Assembly (NCBI RefSeq): GCF_902713615.1
Contig: NC_052162.1
Coordinates: forward strand, 128,922,653-128,986,494
Reading direction: 5' to 3'
DNA length: 63,842 nucleotides
DNA from: Scyliorhinus canicula
Taxonomy: Eukaryota
This document shows positions 10,201-22,984 of this stretch, in pieces (positions within the stretch are counted from its first letter, which is position 1; the number at the start of each line of letters is the position of its first letter). Position numbers and translations under genes: made by a program. The notes under the pieces are model-generated. The model had not been told where the DNA came from, did no database searches, and saw only the letters and a list, made by a program, of their open reading frames with translations.

Positions 10201-13200
10201 TCTGATATACCCCAGACCTCTCACTGTAACACTCTCTGATATACACCACACCCCTCACAGTAACACTCTGATATACCCCACACCCCTCACTGTAACACAC
10301 TGATATACCCCACACCCCTCACTGTAACACACTCTGATATACCCCACACCCCTCACTGTAACACTCTCTGATATACACCACACCCCTCACTGTACCACTC
10401 TGATATACCCCACACCCCTCACTGTAACACTCTCTGATATACCCCACACCCCTCACTGTAACACTCTGATATACCCCACACCCCTCACTGTAACACTCTC
10501 TGATATACCCCACACCCCTCACTGCAACACTCTGATATACCCCACACCCCTCACTGTGACACTCTCTGATATACCCCACACCCCTCACTGTAACACTCTG
10601 ATATACACCACACCCCTCACTGTAACACTCTCTGATACACCCCACGCCTCTCACTGTAACACTCTCTGATATACCCCACACCCCTCACTTTAACACTCTC
10701 TGATATACCCCACACCCCTCACTGTAACACACTCTGATATACCACACACCCCTCACTGTAACACTCTGATATACCCCACACCCCTCACTGTAACACACTG
10801 ATATACCCCGCACACCTCACTGTAACACTCTGATATACCCCACACCCCTCACTGTAACACTCTGATATACCCCACACCCCTCACTGTAACACTCTCTGAT
10901 ATACCCCACTCCTCTCACTGTAACACTCTGATATACCCCACACCCCTCGCTGTAACACTCTGAAATACTCCACACCCCTCACTGTAACACTCTGATATAC
11001 ACCACACCCCTCACTGTAACACTCTCTGATATACCCCACACCCCTCGCTCTAACACTCTCTGATATACCCCACACCCCTCACTGTAACACTCTGATATAT
11101 CCCACACCCCTCACTGTAACACTCTCTGATATACCCCACACCTCTCACTGTAACACTCAGATATACCCCACACCCCTCACTGTAACACTCTCTGATATAC
11201 CCCACACCCCTCACTGTAACACTCTCTGATATACCCCACACCCTCACTGTAACTCTCTGATATACCCCACACCCCTCACTGTAACACTCTGATATACCCC
11301 ACACCCCTCACTGTAACACTCTCTGATATACCCCACACCCCTCACTGCAACACTCTGATACACCCCACACCCCTCACTGTAACACTCTCTGATATACCCC
11401 ACACCCCTCACTGTAACACTCTCTGATATACCCCACTCCTCTCACTGTAACACTCTGATATACCCCACACCCCTCGCTGTAACACTCTGAAATACTCCAC
11501 ACCCCTCACTGTAACACTCTGATATACACCACACCCCTCACTGTAACACTCTCTGATATACCCCACACCCCTCGCTGTAACACTCTCTGATATACCCCAC
11601 ACCCCTCACTGTAACACTCTCTGATATACCCCACACCTCTCACTGTAACACTCAGATATACCCCACACCTCTCACTGTAACACACTCTGATATATCCCAC
11701 ACCCCTCACTGTAACACTCTCTGATATACCACACACCCCTCACTGTAACACTCTCTGATATACCCCACACCCCTCACTGTAACACTCAGATATACCCCAC
11801 ACCCCTCACTGTAACACTCTCTGATATACCCCAAACCCCTCACTTTAACACTCTCTGATATACCCCACACCCCTCACTGTAACACTCTCTGATATACCCC
11901 ACACCCTCACTGTAACTCTCTGATATACCCCACACCCCTCACTGTAACACTCTCTGATATACCCCACGCCCACCACTGTAACACTCTCTGATATACCCCA
12001 CACCCCTCACTGTAACACTCTCTGATATACCCCACACCCCTCACTGTAACACTCTGATATACCCCACACCCCTCACTGTAACACTCTGATATACCCCACA
12101 CCCCTCACTATAACACTCTGGTATACCCCACACCCCTCACTATAACACTCTGGTATACCCCACACCCCTCACTGTAACACACTCTGATATACCCCACACC
12201 CCTCACTGTAACACTCTCTGATATACCCCACACCCCTCACTCTAACACTCTCTGATATACCCCACACCCCTCACTATAACACTCTCTGATATACCCCACA
12301 CCCCTCACTGTAACACTCTGATATACCCCACACCCCTCACTGTAACACTCTCTGATATACCCCACATCCCTCACTGTAACACTCTCTGATATACCCCACA
12401 CCCCTCACTGTAACACTCTCTGATATACCCCACACCCCTCACTATAACACTCTCTGATATACCCCACACCCCTCACTGTAACACTCTGATATACCCCACA
12501 CCCCTCACTGTAACACTCTCTGATATACCCCACACCCCTCACTGTAACACTCTCTGATATACCCCACACCCCTCACTGTAACACTCTGATATAACCCACA
12601 CCCCTCACTGTAACACTCTGATATACCCCACACCCCTCACTATAACACTCTGGTATACCCCACACCCCTCACTATAACACTCTGGTATACCCCACACCCC
12701 TCACTGTAACACACTCTGATATACCCCACACCCCTCACTGTAACACTCTCTGATATACCCCACACCCCTCACTGTAACATTCTCTGATATACCCCACACC
12801 CCTCACTGTAACACTCTGATATACCCCACACCCCTCACTGTAACACTCTCTGATATACCCCACACCCCTCACTGTAACACTCTGATATACCCCACACCCC
12901 TCACTGTAACACTCTCTGATATACCCCACACCCCTCACTATAACACTCTGGTATACCCCACACCCCTCACTGTAACACTCTGATATACCCCACACCCCTC
13001 ACTGTAACACTCTCTGATATACCCCACACCCCTCACTATAACACTCTGGTATACCCGACACCCCTCACTGTAACACTCTCTGATATACCCCACACCCCTC
13101 ACTGTAACACTCTGATATACCCCACACCCCTCACTGTAACACTCTGATATACCCCACACCCCTCACTGTAACACTCTGGTATACCCGACACCCCTCACTG

Positions 13201-13405
13201 TAACACTCTCTGATATACCCCACACCCCTCACTGTAACACTCTCTGATATACCCCACACCCCTCACTGTAACACTCTGATATACCCCACACCCCTCACTG
13301 TAACACTCTCTGATATTCCCCACACCCCTCACTGTAACACTCTCTGATATACCCCACACCCCTCACTGTAACACTCTGATATACCCCACACCCCTCACAG
13401 CAACA
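7238..13405. repeat. 32/34-bp minisatellite (~6.2 kb)
   Basis: Unit CTGATATACCCCACACCCCTCACTGTAACACT(CT), with internal higher-order duplications. Confidence 0.98.
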
Positions 13406-14351
13406 TCCTCTGTTATCCCCAAACTTCTCGCCGTTGGCCGTTCAGCACCTTTAACTTATTGCACCATTCCGAATATTCAGGTCAAGCATTTGTGATTTTG
13501 TGTCGATCTTTCAAGTCCCCTTTTAATCATGTGGATGAACTAGTTCAGATTCTCCACTCTGTCCATCTCACCACAATCCTCTCTCTCTCTCTGCTTGTTT
13601 CTCTGACTCTCAGCCACCCCACCCCCCAGCTCCCACCTATCCCCTGTTCCCCCCCCCCCCCCCCCCCCCCGCCCATCCCCCCCAACCCCTCCTCCCTCTT
13701 TCCTTGACCCCCGACCTTCTGAAAGTCAAGCCAGCCTGAGTTGATTTGAAAGGGCTGGGTTGATCACACTTGGCAGCAACTGAAAGGCTCCTTTGTTTCT
13801 TCAGCCCTGTCACATCTTTCTCTCCCTCTCTCACATTCTCGCTCTCTCTCGCCCTCGCACTCCCGGAGATTCATTGTTTACTCGGGTCACCGCGTTCTCG
13901 TGTTGCTTTGCCGTCCGTCGCTGGGAATGTTCTGGAACGCGGGCTGTTTCACACTCCAATCACGGCGCCCTCGCACCCCTCCCCGCCCCTCCCCGCCCCT
14001 CCCAGCGCAGCAACCCCCCCCCCCCCCCCCTCCCCCAACTCACACACCCCAATCGCCACAAGATCCTTTGCCCTTTTTGGTCTCTGACTCCCTTTTGCAT
14101 CGCCAACCCACACAACAGCAGCGAGAGAGTGAGAGAGGGCAAGAGACGGAGAGAGACAGACATAGAGAGAGAGAGGTATCGGGGTGCTATAATCACCTCA
14201 ATGAACCATCCAATAATTGGCTCAGAAACTGAGCACGGTCCACATAAAACCCCTTTCCAAATGGGTTTGTGTGTGTGCAACTTTCCTCTTAAAAGGGGGT
14301 CCTCATTGAGAGATTCTCTCTTTGAATGGGGTCCCATGTGGAGCCACCGCC

Positions 14352-14578
14352 TCTTTTTTTAATTTCGAGTACCCAATTATTGTTAATTTTGCCCAATTAG
14401 GGGGCAATTTAGCGTGGCCAATCCACCTACCCTGCACGTCTTTTAGTTGTGGGGGCGAAACCCACGCAAATACGGTGAGAACGTGCAAACTCCCCACGGA
14501 CAGTGACCCAGAGCCGGGGTCGAACCTGGACCTCAGCGCCGCAGTCCCAGTGCTAACCACTGCTCCACCGTGCTGCCC
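14352..14578 (-). mobile_element. tRNA-head SINE (head A, tail 3)
   Basis: Reverse complement of gggcagcacggtggagcagtggttagc...aattgggtactc...aaaa. Confidence 0.88.
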
Positions 14579-14656
14579 TTTCACTGCCCCTTTAAGTGGG
14601 ATCTCAGGTAGAGAGATCCACGCTTCAAAAGGGGTCCCTGAAGGAGAAACTCCCTC

Positions 14657-14901
14657 TGTGATGAATGTTATCAGTAGCTGATCTAATGGTACCTTACCTT
14701 TAATGCATTGGCCCTTTAAGACCGGGCTTGGAACCCTGGGGGACTCCGCCTCTGGCTCCGCCCCCAGGAAACGGTATATAAGCTGAGGCTTACTCAGGCA
14801 ACATGTAATGAGCACACTTCTCGGCTGCTGTACAGTTCTCAGATGATTAAAGCCTTTGAATCATCTATCTTCTCTCCTGTGTCGTGATTGAGGGTATCTC
14901 A
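14657..14901 (+). mobile_element. Solo LTR (245 bp), 5-bp TSD CCCTC
   Basis: TG...CA ends; CCCTC at 14652-14656 and 14902-14906; internal TATATAA and ATTAAA in LTR order. Confidence 0.85.
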
Positions 14902-15255
14902 CCCTCTTTAAAAGGGGTTCCTGACGGAGAGATCCCCTCTTTAAAAGGGGTCCCTGACGGAGAGACTCCCTCTTTAAAAGGGGTCCCTGACGGAGAGACT
15001 CCCTCTTTAAAAGGGGTCCCTGACGGAGAGACTCCCTCTTTAAAAGGGGTCCCTGACGGAGAGACTCCCTCTTTAAAAGGGGTCCCTGACGGAGAGACTC
15101 CCTCTTTAAAAGGGGTCCCTGACGGAGAGACTCCCTCTTTAAAAGGGGCCCCTGACGGAGAGACTCCCTCTTTAAAAGGGGTCCCTGACGGAGAGACTCC
15201 CTCTTTAAAAGGGGTCCCTGACGGAGAGACTCCCTCTTTAAAAGGGGTCCCTGAT
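14902..15255. repeat. Homogeneous 33-bp VNTR (~11 units)
   Basis: Unit CCCTCTTTAAAAGGGGTCCCTGACGGAGAGACT; one partial unit lies upstream of the LTR. Confidence 0.97.
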
Positions 15256-15559
15256 GTAGACACCCTCTTCATTTTTTTCTATTTAAAAGAAAGAAAATTA
15301 TTGTACCCAATTAATTTTTTTCCAATTAAGGGGAATTTTGCGTGGCCAATCGGAGGAGCACTGAACTCTGGGGTGTTTCTCCTCCCCGTGCCCCCCCCCC
15401 ATTCCTCACATTGAGAGGATGTGGTTAAGGTGTGGGTCAGAGTTGCCTTGTTCGCCTATTGCCCTGGTGATCAGGAATCTCCCCCCCCCCCCCCTCCGCT
15501 TATTGGCTGTGTGAGGTCTCGCACTGACTGCGTCTGGAGTTTCCTTCGAGACAAATATG

Positions 15560-15720
15560 AAAGATCCTCTCCCGAGGGACTTTTTAGGTGCAGCAACTGC
15601 CATTCTCCTGTCATCATCGCACCTTCTAACCTCCACCCGCATGCTCCATTTCCTACATTGGCTCCCCGTCTGGCGATGTCTCAGTTGTCAGCCTTGTTGT
15701 CCAATCCCTCCATGGCCTCA
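15560..15720 (+). mobile_element. Possible L2-type LINE remnant
   Basis: Translated LHFLHWLPV resembles the L2 ORF2 C-terminal LHWLP motif. Confidence 0.4.
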
Positions 15721-15809
15721 CCTTCCCCGTTTTGTATCTCTATAATCTTTACTACGACCCTCACCCCCCCCCCCCACCCCGCAAGATCCTTCGGGATCTT
15801 TCTTTGAGG

Positions 15810-17307
15810 TGTTGCTGAGAGGGTTAGATAAAGGGGAACCAGTAGATGTAACATATTTGGATTTCCAAAAAGCATTCGTAAAGGTATTACACAAAAGGCT
15901 ACTTAATAAGATGGGAGCCCATGGTGTTGTGGTAGTGATGCGCCGTCAATTCACCGAGCGACTGAGAGAGTGAGTGAACATTAGGCTTTATTAATCATGA
16001 ACTTGCCTAGCCAGAGTCGGTTGTACAGATGAGTGCCCCCCACAGGTGGCCGGTCTATTTATGGCCCCGGTGAGGGCGGAGCCAGAGGCGGAGCCTACCG
16101 GGGTTACAGTACAGGACCTGGAAGTAGCTCGTATCATCACTTCCAGGTCATAGGTTACAGTATCATACAGACAGCTCATGCATTAGGTGAATACACTCAC
16201 CACAGGTAGCGTGGATAGAGGATTGGCCAGCTGATAGAAGACAGAGTTGGGACAAGAGAGATATTTTCAGGATGGCAATCGGTAACTTGTGGGGTGCCAC
16301 AGAGATCGGTGCTGGGGTCACAATTATTCACAATATAGATGAATGACTTGGATGAGGGAAGTGAATGCACTATTGCCAAGTTTGCGGACGGCACAAAAAT
16401 AGATGGGAAAGGCAAATGATAAAGATGACACAAAGAGACGACAGAGGGACATAGACAAGTGAGGTGGTGGGCACAAACTCAGCAGATGGAATATAAATAG
16501 GAAAATGTGAAATTCTGCACTTTGGTGGGAAGAATAAAGAAGCTGAATATTATTTAAATGGAGACAGACGGCAGAAAGCTGCAGCTCAGAGTGATTTGGG
16601 GGTCCTGGTGCATAAATAGCGCCAGGTTCAGCAGGTAATTGGGAAGGGAAATGGGATGTTGGCCTTTATTTCAAAGGGAATGGAATATAAAAATAGGGAA
16701 GTCCTGCTAAAACTATACACGGCACCAGTTAGAGCTAACCTGGATACTGTGAACAGTTTGTTCCCCTTATCTAAGGGACGATATCCCGGCATTGGAGGCT
16801 GTCCCGAGAAGGTTCACTCGGTTGATCCCGGGTAGGGAGGGATTTCCTTATGAGGAGAGGTTGAGTAGGTTGGGGCCTGTCCTCATTGGAGTTCAGCAGA
16901 ATGAGAGGCGACCTTATTGAGACAGACAGGATTCTCAGGGGGCTCGACAGGGTCGATGCTGAGAGGATGTTTCCTCTTGTGGGAGAGTCTGGGACCAGAG
17001 GGCAGAATTTCAGAGTAAGGGGGCCGCCCCATTTCAGACAGAGATGAGGAGGAATTTCCCCTCTCAGAGGGTGGGGAATGTGTGGAATTCTTTCCCGCAG
17101 AGAGCTGGAGAGGCTGGGCCGTTAAGTATGTTCAAGGCCGAGACAGACAGATTTTTAATCAGTGAGGGAATCGAGGGTTTATGGGGGAAAGGGGGGAAAG
17201 TGGAGTTGGGGATTATCACATCGGATCAGTCACAATCTCACTGAATGGCGGAGCAGACTCGATGGGCTGAATGGGCCTATTTCTGCTCTTATGGCTTAAG
17301 GTCTTAT
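15810..17307 (+). mobile_element. CR1 LINE 3' ~1.2 kb (RT, decayed) with an inserted solo LTR
   Basis: YLDFQKAF-like start, IVNNCDP/FIYI reverse frames, MRRNFPSQRVGNVWNSFPQRA, and CR1 tail gggctgaatgggcctatttctgctcttat. Confidence 0.9.
15936..16204 (-). mobile_element. Solo LTR (269 bp), 5-bp TSD GGTAG
   Basis: GGTAG at 15931-15935 and 16205-16209; TG...CA ends; minus-strand AATAAA at 15987-15992. The left boundary could alternatively be 15928. Confidence 0.75.
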
Positions 17308-17323
17308 CTCTGAGTTCCTCCAG

Positions 17324-18135
17324 CCTCCTCCTGTTCCTGTGTAACAGGCTGGAGAAGGAGCTGAATGGGCCTCCTCCTGTTCCTGTGTAACAGGCTGGAG
17401 AAGGGGCTGAATGGCCCTCCTCCGGTTCCTGTGTAACAGGCTGGAGAAGGGGCTGAATGGGCCTCCTCCTGTTCCTGTGCAACAGGCTGGAGATGGGGCT
17501 GAATAGGCCTCCTCCTGTTCCCGTGTAACAGGCTGGAGAAGGGGCTGAATGGGCCTCCTCCTGTTCCTGTGTAACAGGCTGGAGAAGGGGCTGAATGGCC
17601 CTCCTCCTGTTCCTGTGTAACAGGCTGGAGAAGGGGCTGAATGGCCCTCCTCCTGTTCCTGTGTAACAGGCTGGAGAAGGGGCTGAATGGGCCTCCTCCT
17701 GTTCCTGTGCAACAGGCTGGAGAAGGGGCTGAATAGGCCTTCTCCTGTTCCGGTGTAACAGGCTGGAGAAGGGGCTGAATGGGCCTCCTCCTGTTCCTGT
17801 GTAACAGGCTGGAGAAGGGGCTGAATGAGCCTCCTCCAGTTCCTGTGTAACAGGCTGGAGAAGGGGCTGAATGGGCCTCCTCCTGTTCCTGTGTAACAGG
17901 CTGGAGAAGGGGCTGAATGGGCCTCCTCCTGTTCCTGTGTAACAGACTGGAGAAGGGGCTGAATGGGCCTCCTCCTGTTCCTGTGTAACAGACTGGAGAA
18001 GGGGCTGAATGGGCCTCCTCCTGTTCCTGTGTAACAGGCTGGAGAAGGGGCTGAATGGGTCTCCTCCTGTTCCTGTGTAACAGGCTGGAGAAGGGGCTGA
18101 ATGGCCCTCCTCCTGTTCCCTGTGTAACAGGCTCG
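17324..18135. repeat. 46-bp minisatellite, array 1
   Basis: Unit CTCCTCCTGTTCCTGTGTAACAGGCTGGAGAAGGGGCTGAATGGGC. Confidence 0.97.
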
Positions 18136-18589
18136 AGGAGAAACCACATTCCCCAGAGAATGGATACTGGAGAGAATGTGGGACTCGCAATCACAGGGTA
18201 GTGTTGTAGTTGACCTCATTAAGGAAAAGCTGGTCAAGGTAAGGAATGGAAAGTTTTACCTATGGGTGTGGGCAGGGATGAGGGGTTGGGGAGATGAAAA
18301 GGAGTGTGAGGTGGTCCCGTGTGGAACATTGACACAGAATATAGCTCATGGGAGGAAAGGCCTGGTTCTGTGCTCTGTGTGAAAGCTTTGAACATATGGT
18401 AGCACAATCATTTATCGCGAGAGGGCAACGTTACTGTTTGTGACTGAAGCATTATCTCGGGCCCAGAGGAAAGAGACCGACTCCGAGGGCCTGTTTCCCA
18501 GGAAGAGTCACCCACTCACTGTGACACCACCCTCAAGCTCTCCAACCCAGGCAGTGCACATGGAGTAACCCCTGGCACCCAACGGGTGC

Positions 18590-20110
18590 TCTCTCTCAGT
18601 TCGAAGCCCTCAGCCCTCTTCCCTCCAGTCTCTTTCTCTCTCTTTCCCCATTAGCTTTTTTCCCTCCTTCTCCCCAACTCTCTCTCTCTTTCTCCATCGC
18701 CTTCACGCTCCCTCTCTTGTCTCTTTCTCTCCATAGCCCTCTCCTTCATCCTCTCTCTCTCTTCCCTCATTAACCTCTATTTTTATCCATCTCCTTCACT
18801 TTCTATCTCCATCACCCTCTCTCTATCTCTCTCTCCATCTTCCCCCCACTCTCTCTCTATCATCCTCTCTCTCTTTTCCCATCAGCCTTGCTTTCTCTCC
18901 ATCTCTCCACTCTCTCTCTCTCCATCACCCTTCTTCACCCTCCATCATCCTTTCTCTCTTCCCCCCATGAACCTCTCTCTCTCCATCACCCTCTCTCTCT
19001 ACCCATCAGCCTCTCTTTCTCTCCATCTCCCCCACTCTCTCTCACCATCAACCTCTCTCTCTCTCTCTCTCTCTCTATCTGTCACTCTCAATCTCCCTCA
19101 CTCTCTTTCGCCCTCTTACTATCACCCTCTAACCCATCACTCTCTCTCTCTCTCACACCCTTGGTCTCTCTCTCTTTCCATCAATTTCCTCCCCTCCGTG
19201 GCTGCCTCATTTTTCTCACTCTCCTCCTCCCTCGCTCTCCCCTCCCTCACTCTCCCCTCCCTCACTCTCCCCTCCCTCACTCTCCCCTCCCTCACTCTCC
19301 CCTCCTTCACTCTCCCCTCCCTCTCTCTCCCCTCCCTCACTCTCCCCTCCCTCACTCTCCCCTCCCTCACTCTCCCCTCCCTCACTCTCCCCTCCCTCAC
19401 TCTCCCCTCCCTCACTCTCCCCTCCCTCACTCTCCCCTCCCTCACTCTCCCCTCCCTCACTCTCCCCTCCCTCACTTTCCCCTCCTTCACTCTCCCCTCC
19501 CTCGCTCTCCCTTCTCTCACTCCACCCTCCCTCATCCTTCTCTCCCACACTCGCTCCTCCCTTAGCTTCCTTACATTCAGTGCCCCCTCCCTCAGTATCC
19601 TCGTCCCTCAGTATCCCCTCCCCTCGGTCTCCCCTCCCCTTGGTCTCCACTCCCTCTCTCTCTCCCCTCCCTCATTCTCCCCTCCCTGACTCTCCCCCTC
19701 GACCTCCCATCCCTCTTCTTTCCTCTCTTAGTTTTCCCTCCCTCAGTCTCCTCTTCCCTCATTCTCCCCCCTCACTTGCCCCTCCCTTGGACTCCCCTCC
19801 CTCACTCTCCCCTCCCTCAGCTCCGTACCCTCTGTGCCCCCCCCTTCCCTCGGTCTCCCCTCCCCTCAGTCTCCACTCTGTCAGTCTCCCCTCTCTCAAC
19901 GTCCTCTCCCTCGACCTCCCCTCCCTCGACCTGCTCTCCCTCAGTTTTCCCCCTCCCTCAGCCTTCCCCCATCCCCCCCCCCCGCCCAGTGAGACCCTTG
20001 TGCCCCTTTCCCCTCATGGCCCACTCAACCCATTTCTCCCATGCTAGCTCTCTGTCTCTCTCCGATGCAGCTGTTTTTCCCCCTCCCCACCGCTCCCCGC
20101 TCTCCCCTCA
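18590..20110. repeat. Polypyrimidine/polypurine tract including a 15-bp repeat (CTCACTCTCCCCTCC)n at ~19225-19520
   Basis: Nearly pure C/T on the + strand. Confidence 0.95.
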
Positions 20111-20499
20111 TCCCGTTCCTTGCCCCAGAGCGGAGGTCTCGAACAATGTTATGTTCTCTCGTCGCCCCTCACAGCTTCCAAACCTAGCAACGGCCTGCCT
20201 CCCGTCCGTCAGAGGGCCCTGCTTTCACAGCAAAACCCCGGGCATTGTTCGGAACGCACCCATTAAATCAAACCCAAACAATGGCTTGACGGGGCCTGCC
20301 CGCCATTAACGTGACAGATGGGGTTGTTTGTTCCAGCAGAGGCGCCTAACCCTCGTAGAGCTCGGTGACAGTTTGAGATTTAAGGCTTCTACACTCTGGC
20401 TCCATTCCTCGCATTCCCCCCCACCCCCCCCCCCCCCCCCACCCCCCACCCTCTGCAGGGCCCGGTCATCAATCGTCGGTCCTCTTTGAAAGTCTCAGA

Positions 20500-20930
20500 A
20501 ACCCGGCCTACCTGAAATAGGCTTCCGATCACCCCCTGCTGATGTGGCTCCCATCCAATCACACCGCCCCTCCCCCCCCACCTCACACCATCAGCGAGTG
20601 AGAGCAGCTTCTCTTTGTCCCCCAGATTTGAACCTGTCCCCTCTGTCAAATCTCCCCTCAACCTCCTTTGCTTCAAGACGAACAACCCCAGCTTCTCCAG
20701 TCGAACCTTGTGGTTAAAATCCCTCATCCCTGGAACCAGTCTGGTCAGTCTCCTCTCCACCCTCTCGAGGAGACTCACGCCCTTCCCAAAGTGTGCAGGC
20801 CCAGAACTGGATTTTGGTCGCGGCCTAACCAGAGCTTCAGAAAAGTTCAGCCTGACTCCCCTGCTCCTGTTCTCGATCCCTCCATTTACGAAGCCCGGGA
20901 TCACCACATGCTTTGCTAATTCCTCCCTCT
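20500..20930 (-). mobile_element. CR1 LINE fragment
   Basis: LLERVERRLTRLVPGMRDF...LEKLGLFVLKQRRLRGDL. Confidence 0.85.
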
Positions 20931-21750
20931 TGTTGTGCAAGAGGGAGCCTCACTTCCTTAAACGCTCCGCAGGGTTGATGGGGCTGGGTGCTCCGTCGTC
21001 CGCCCGGTTTTGTTTATTGTTCCACTGGATGCGGGCAATCACCGGCCGGGGCCTGAGTGTTTGTTGCCCACCCCCATCCCTGACCGTCGCCTCAAACTGA
21101 GTATGGGTTCGATCGGCCATTTCAGAGAGTGGAGGGGGCAGTTAAGAGTTAACAGTATTGATGTGTGGGTACGGGGGGGGGGGGGGTCAGATTTCCCTCC
21201 CTAAATGGGGGTATTAGTGAACCAGAGGGGGGTTATTTTTAACAACAGTTGATGGTAGTGTCAGGTGAGAGTACCTTTAAGAAATGGGTGTTTATAAATG
21301 GGTGTGTATATAAATATCTGTAGTGAGAGTACCTTTATGAAATGGGTGTTTACTACTGCAGTGATGTCAGAGTGTGGGTGGAGCTGGGCTGTCTGTCAGC
21401 TTTTTACTTTCGTTTTAGGCTGTTTGCTGCAGGGTGTGTTTTAGTTTCGTTTTCAGAGCTGGATAGCTGCAGTCACAGCCAGAAGGTGTATTAGAGTCTC
21501 TCTCTGTAACCTAAAGACTGTAAATCGATCCTTTGGTGATTTAAAACTAATAACAGTAGTGACTTTAACCTGATGTGCTTCTGGTTAAAGGTGTTTTAAG
21601 TCTTATGGATGCTAAAAGGAAAGTTTAAAGGTTTACTTAGTGTTGTATTCTTTGGGGGTTGTATTTGAATTGATGGTTGCTAAGATGTTCACTGTATGTT
21701 TTGAAAAGGTTAACTTGAGTTCATAGAATAAACATTGTTTTGCTTTAAAA

Positions 21751-22560
21751 GTTCAATTCCTGATGTAGTGAGAACTCATGTGGAAGAACAGAGAGTTAAA
21801 ACTGTGAGATTAGCAGCAGAAATGGCAGATGATTATGAATTAGTTCATAAATCAAAGATTGGTTTCCGTCATCAGTTTCACCCTGTGAGGGATAGAAACT
21901 GGGGACATGAGAAATACTCAAAGTGGTAAAGGTAAAGGTGATCTGATGGGAGATAATAAGGAGAGTGTACCTCAGATTAAAAAAGAAATTCAGGAGGTGG
22001 AAGAGATGTGAAAAGTTTCAAATGTTTTCGCTGGAATAAACTAGGCCATGTAAAGTCACAGTGTTGGTGGTTGAAGAAAAGCACTGGGAAGGCTGATGTG
22101 ATAAAACAGGGTAAGACAGTGGGGTTTGTTAAAGTGGTAAAGGAAAGCCTAAGTGAAGCGAAGAAGGTGCAAAAGATTGTACAGCCTGATCAAGAGGTGA
22201 TTGATAAGAAGGTGCCAGATCTCTTTAAAGAGTTTACTTGTGTGGGTAAAGTTTACTCATCTGTATCGGGAGGAGCAGGTAAAGAAGTCACAATTTTAAG
22301 AGATACGGGAGCTAGTCAATCTTTAATGGTAAGAGATGAGGAATTATGTAGTTTGGGAAGAATGTTGCCAGAAAAGGTGGTAATATGTGGAATTCAGGGT
22401 GAGAGGAGTAGCGTTCCATTATATAAGGTAAGGTTGGAAAGTCCAGTGAAGAGTGGTGAAGTGGTAGTAGGAGTAATAGAGAAACTATCTTGTCCAGGAA
22501 TACAGTTTATCTTGGGTAATGACATAGCTGGATCGCAGGTGGGAGTGATGCCTACTGTGG
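21751..22560 (+). pseudogene. Retrotransposon gag C-terminus, zinc knuckle and aspartic protease
   Basis: SIPDVVRTHVEEQRVKTVRLAAEMADDY; degenerate CCHC knuckle CFRWNKLGHVKSQC; ILRDTGASQS protease site. Confidence 0.88.
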
Positions 22561-22984
22561 TTGATAAGCCAGTGGAAAATCAGACAACTGAAGTGTTGAA
22601 GGACGAATATCCTGGGATTTTTCCGGATTGTGTAGTGACAAGGTTGCAAAGTCACAGGTTAAGACAAGAGGAGAAATCAAAGAGTGAAGATGAAGTTGAA
22701 GTGCAATTATCAGAAACGATTTTTGATCAGATGGTTGAAAAAGAACAAGAACAGGTGGAGGATGAGGCGGATATTTTTAGTTTAGGAAAATTGACGGAGT
22801 TACAACAGAAAGATGTAGCAATAAAACGGATGTATCAGAAAGCATATACGGAAGAGGAATCTGAGTGTATACCAGAGTGTTATTACCGTAAAAGTGATGT
22901 CTTGATGAGAAAATGGAGACCTGTACATATGCAGGCGGATGAAAAGTGGGCAGAAGTTCATCAAGTAGTATTGCCGGTAGGGTA

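Noticed and set aside
7238-13405. Switch-region analogue downstream of C
   Set aside because: Light chains do not class-switch, the G-rich strand is the template strand here, and the array lies beyond the poly(A) signal.
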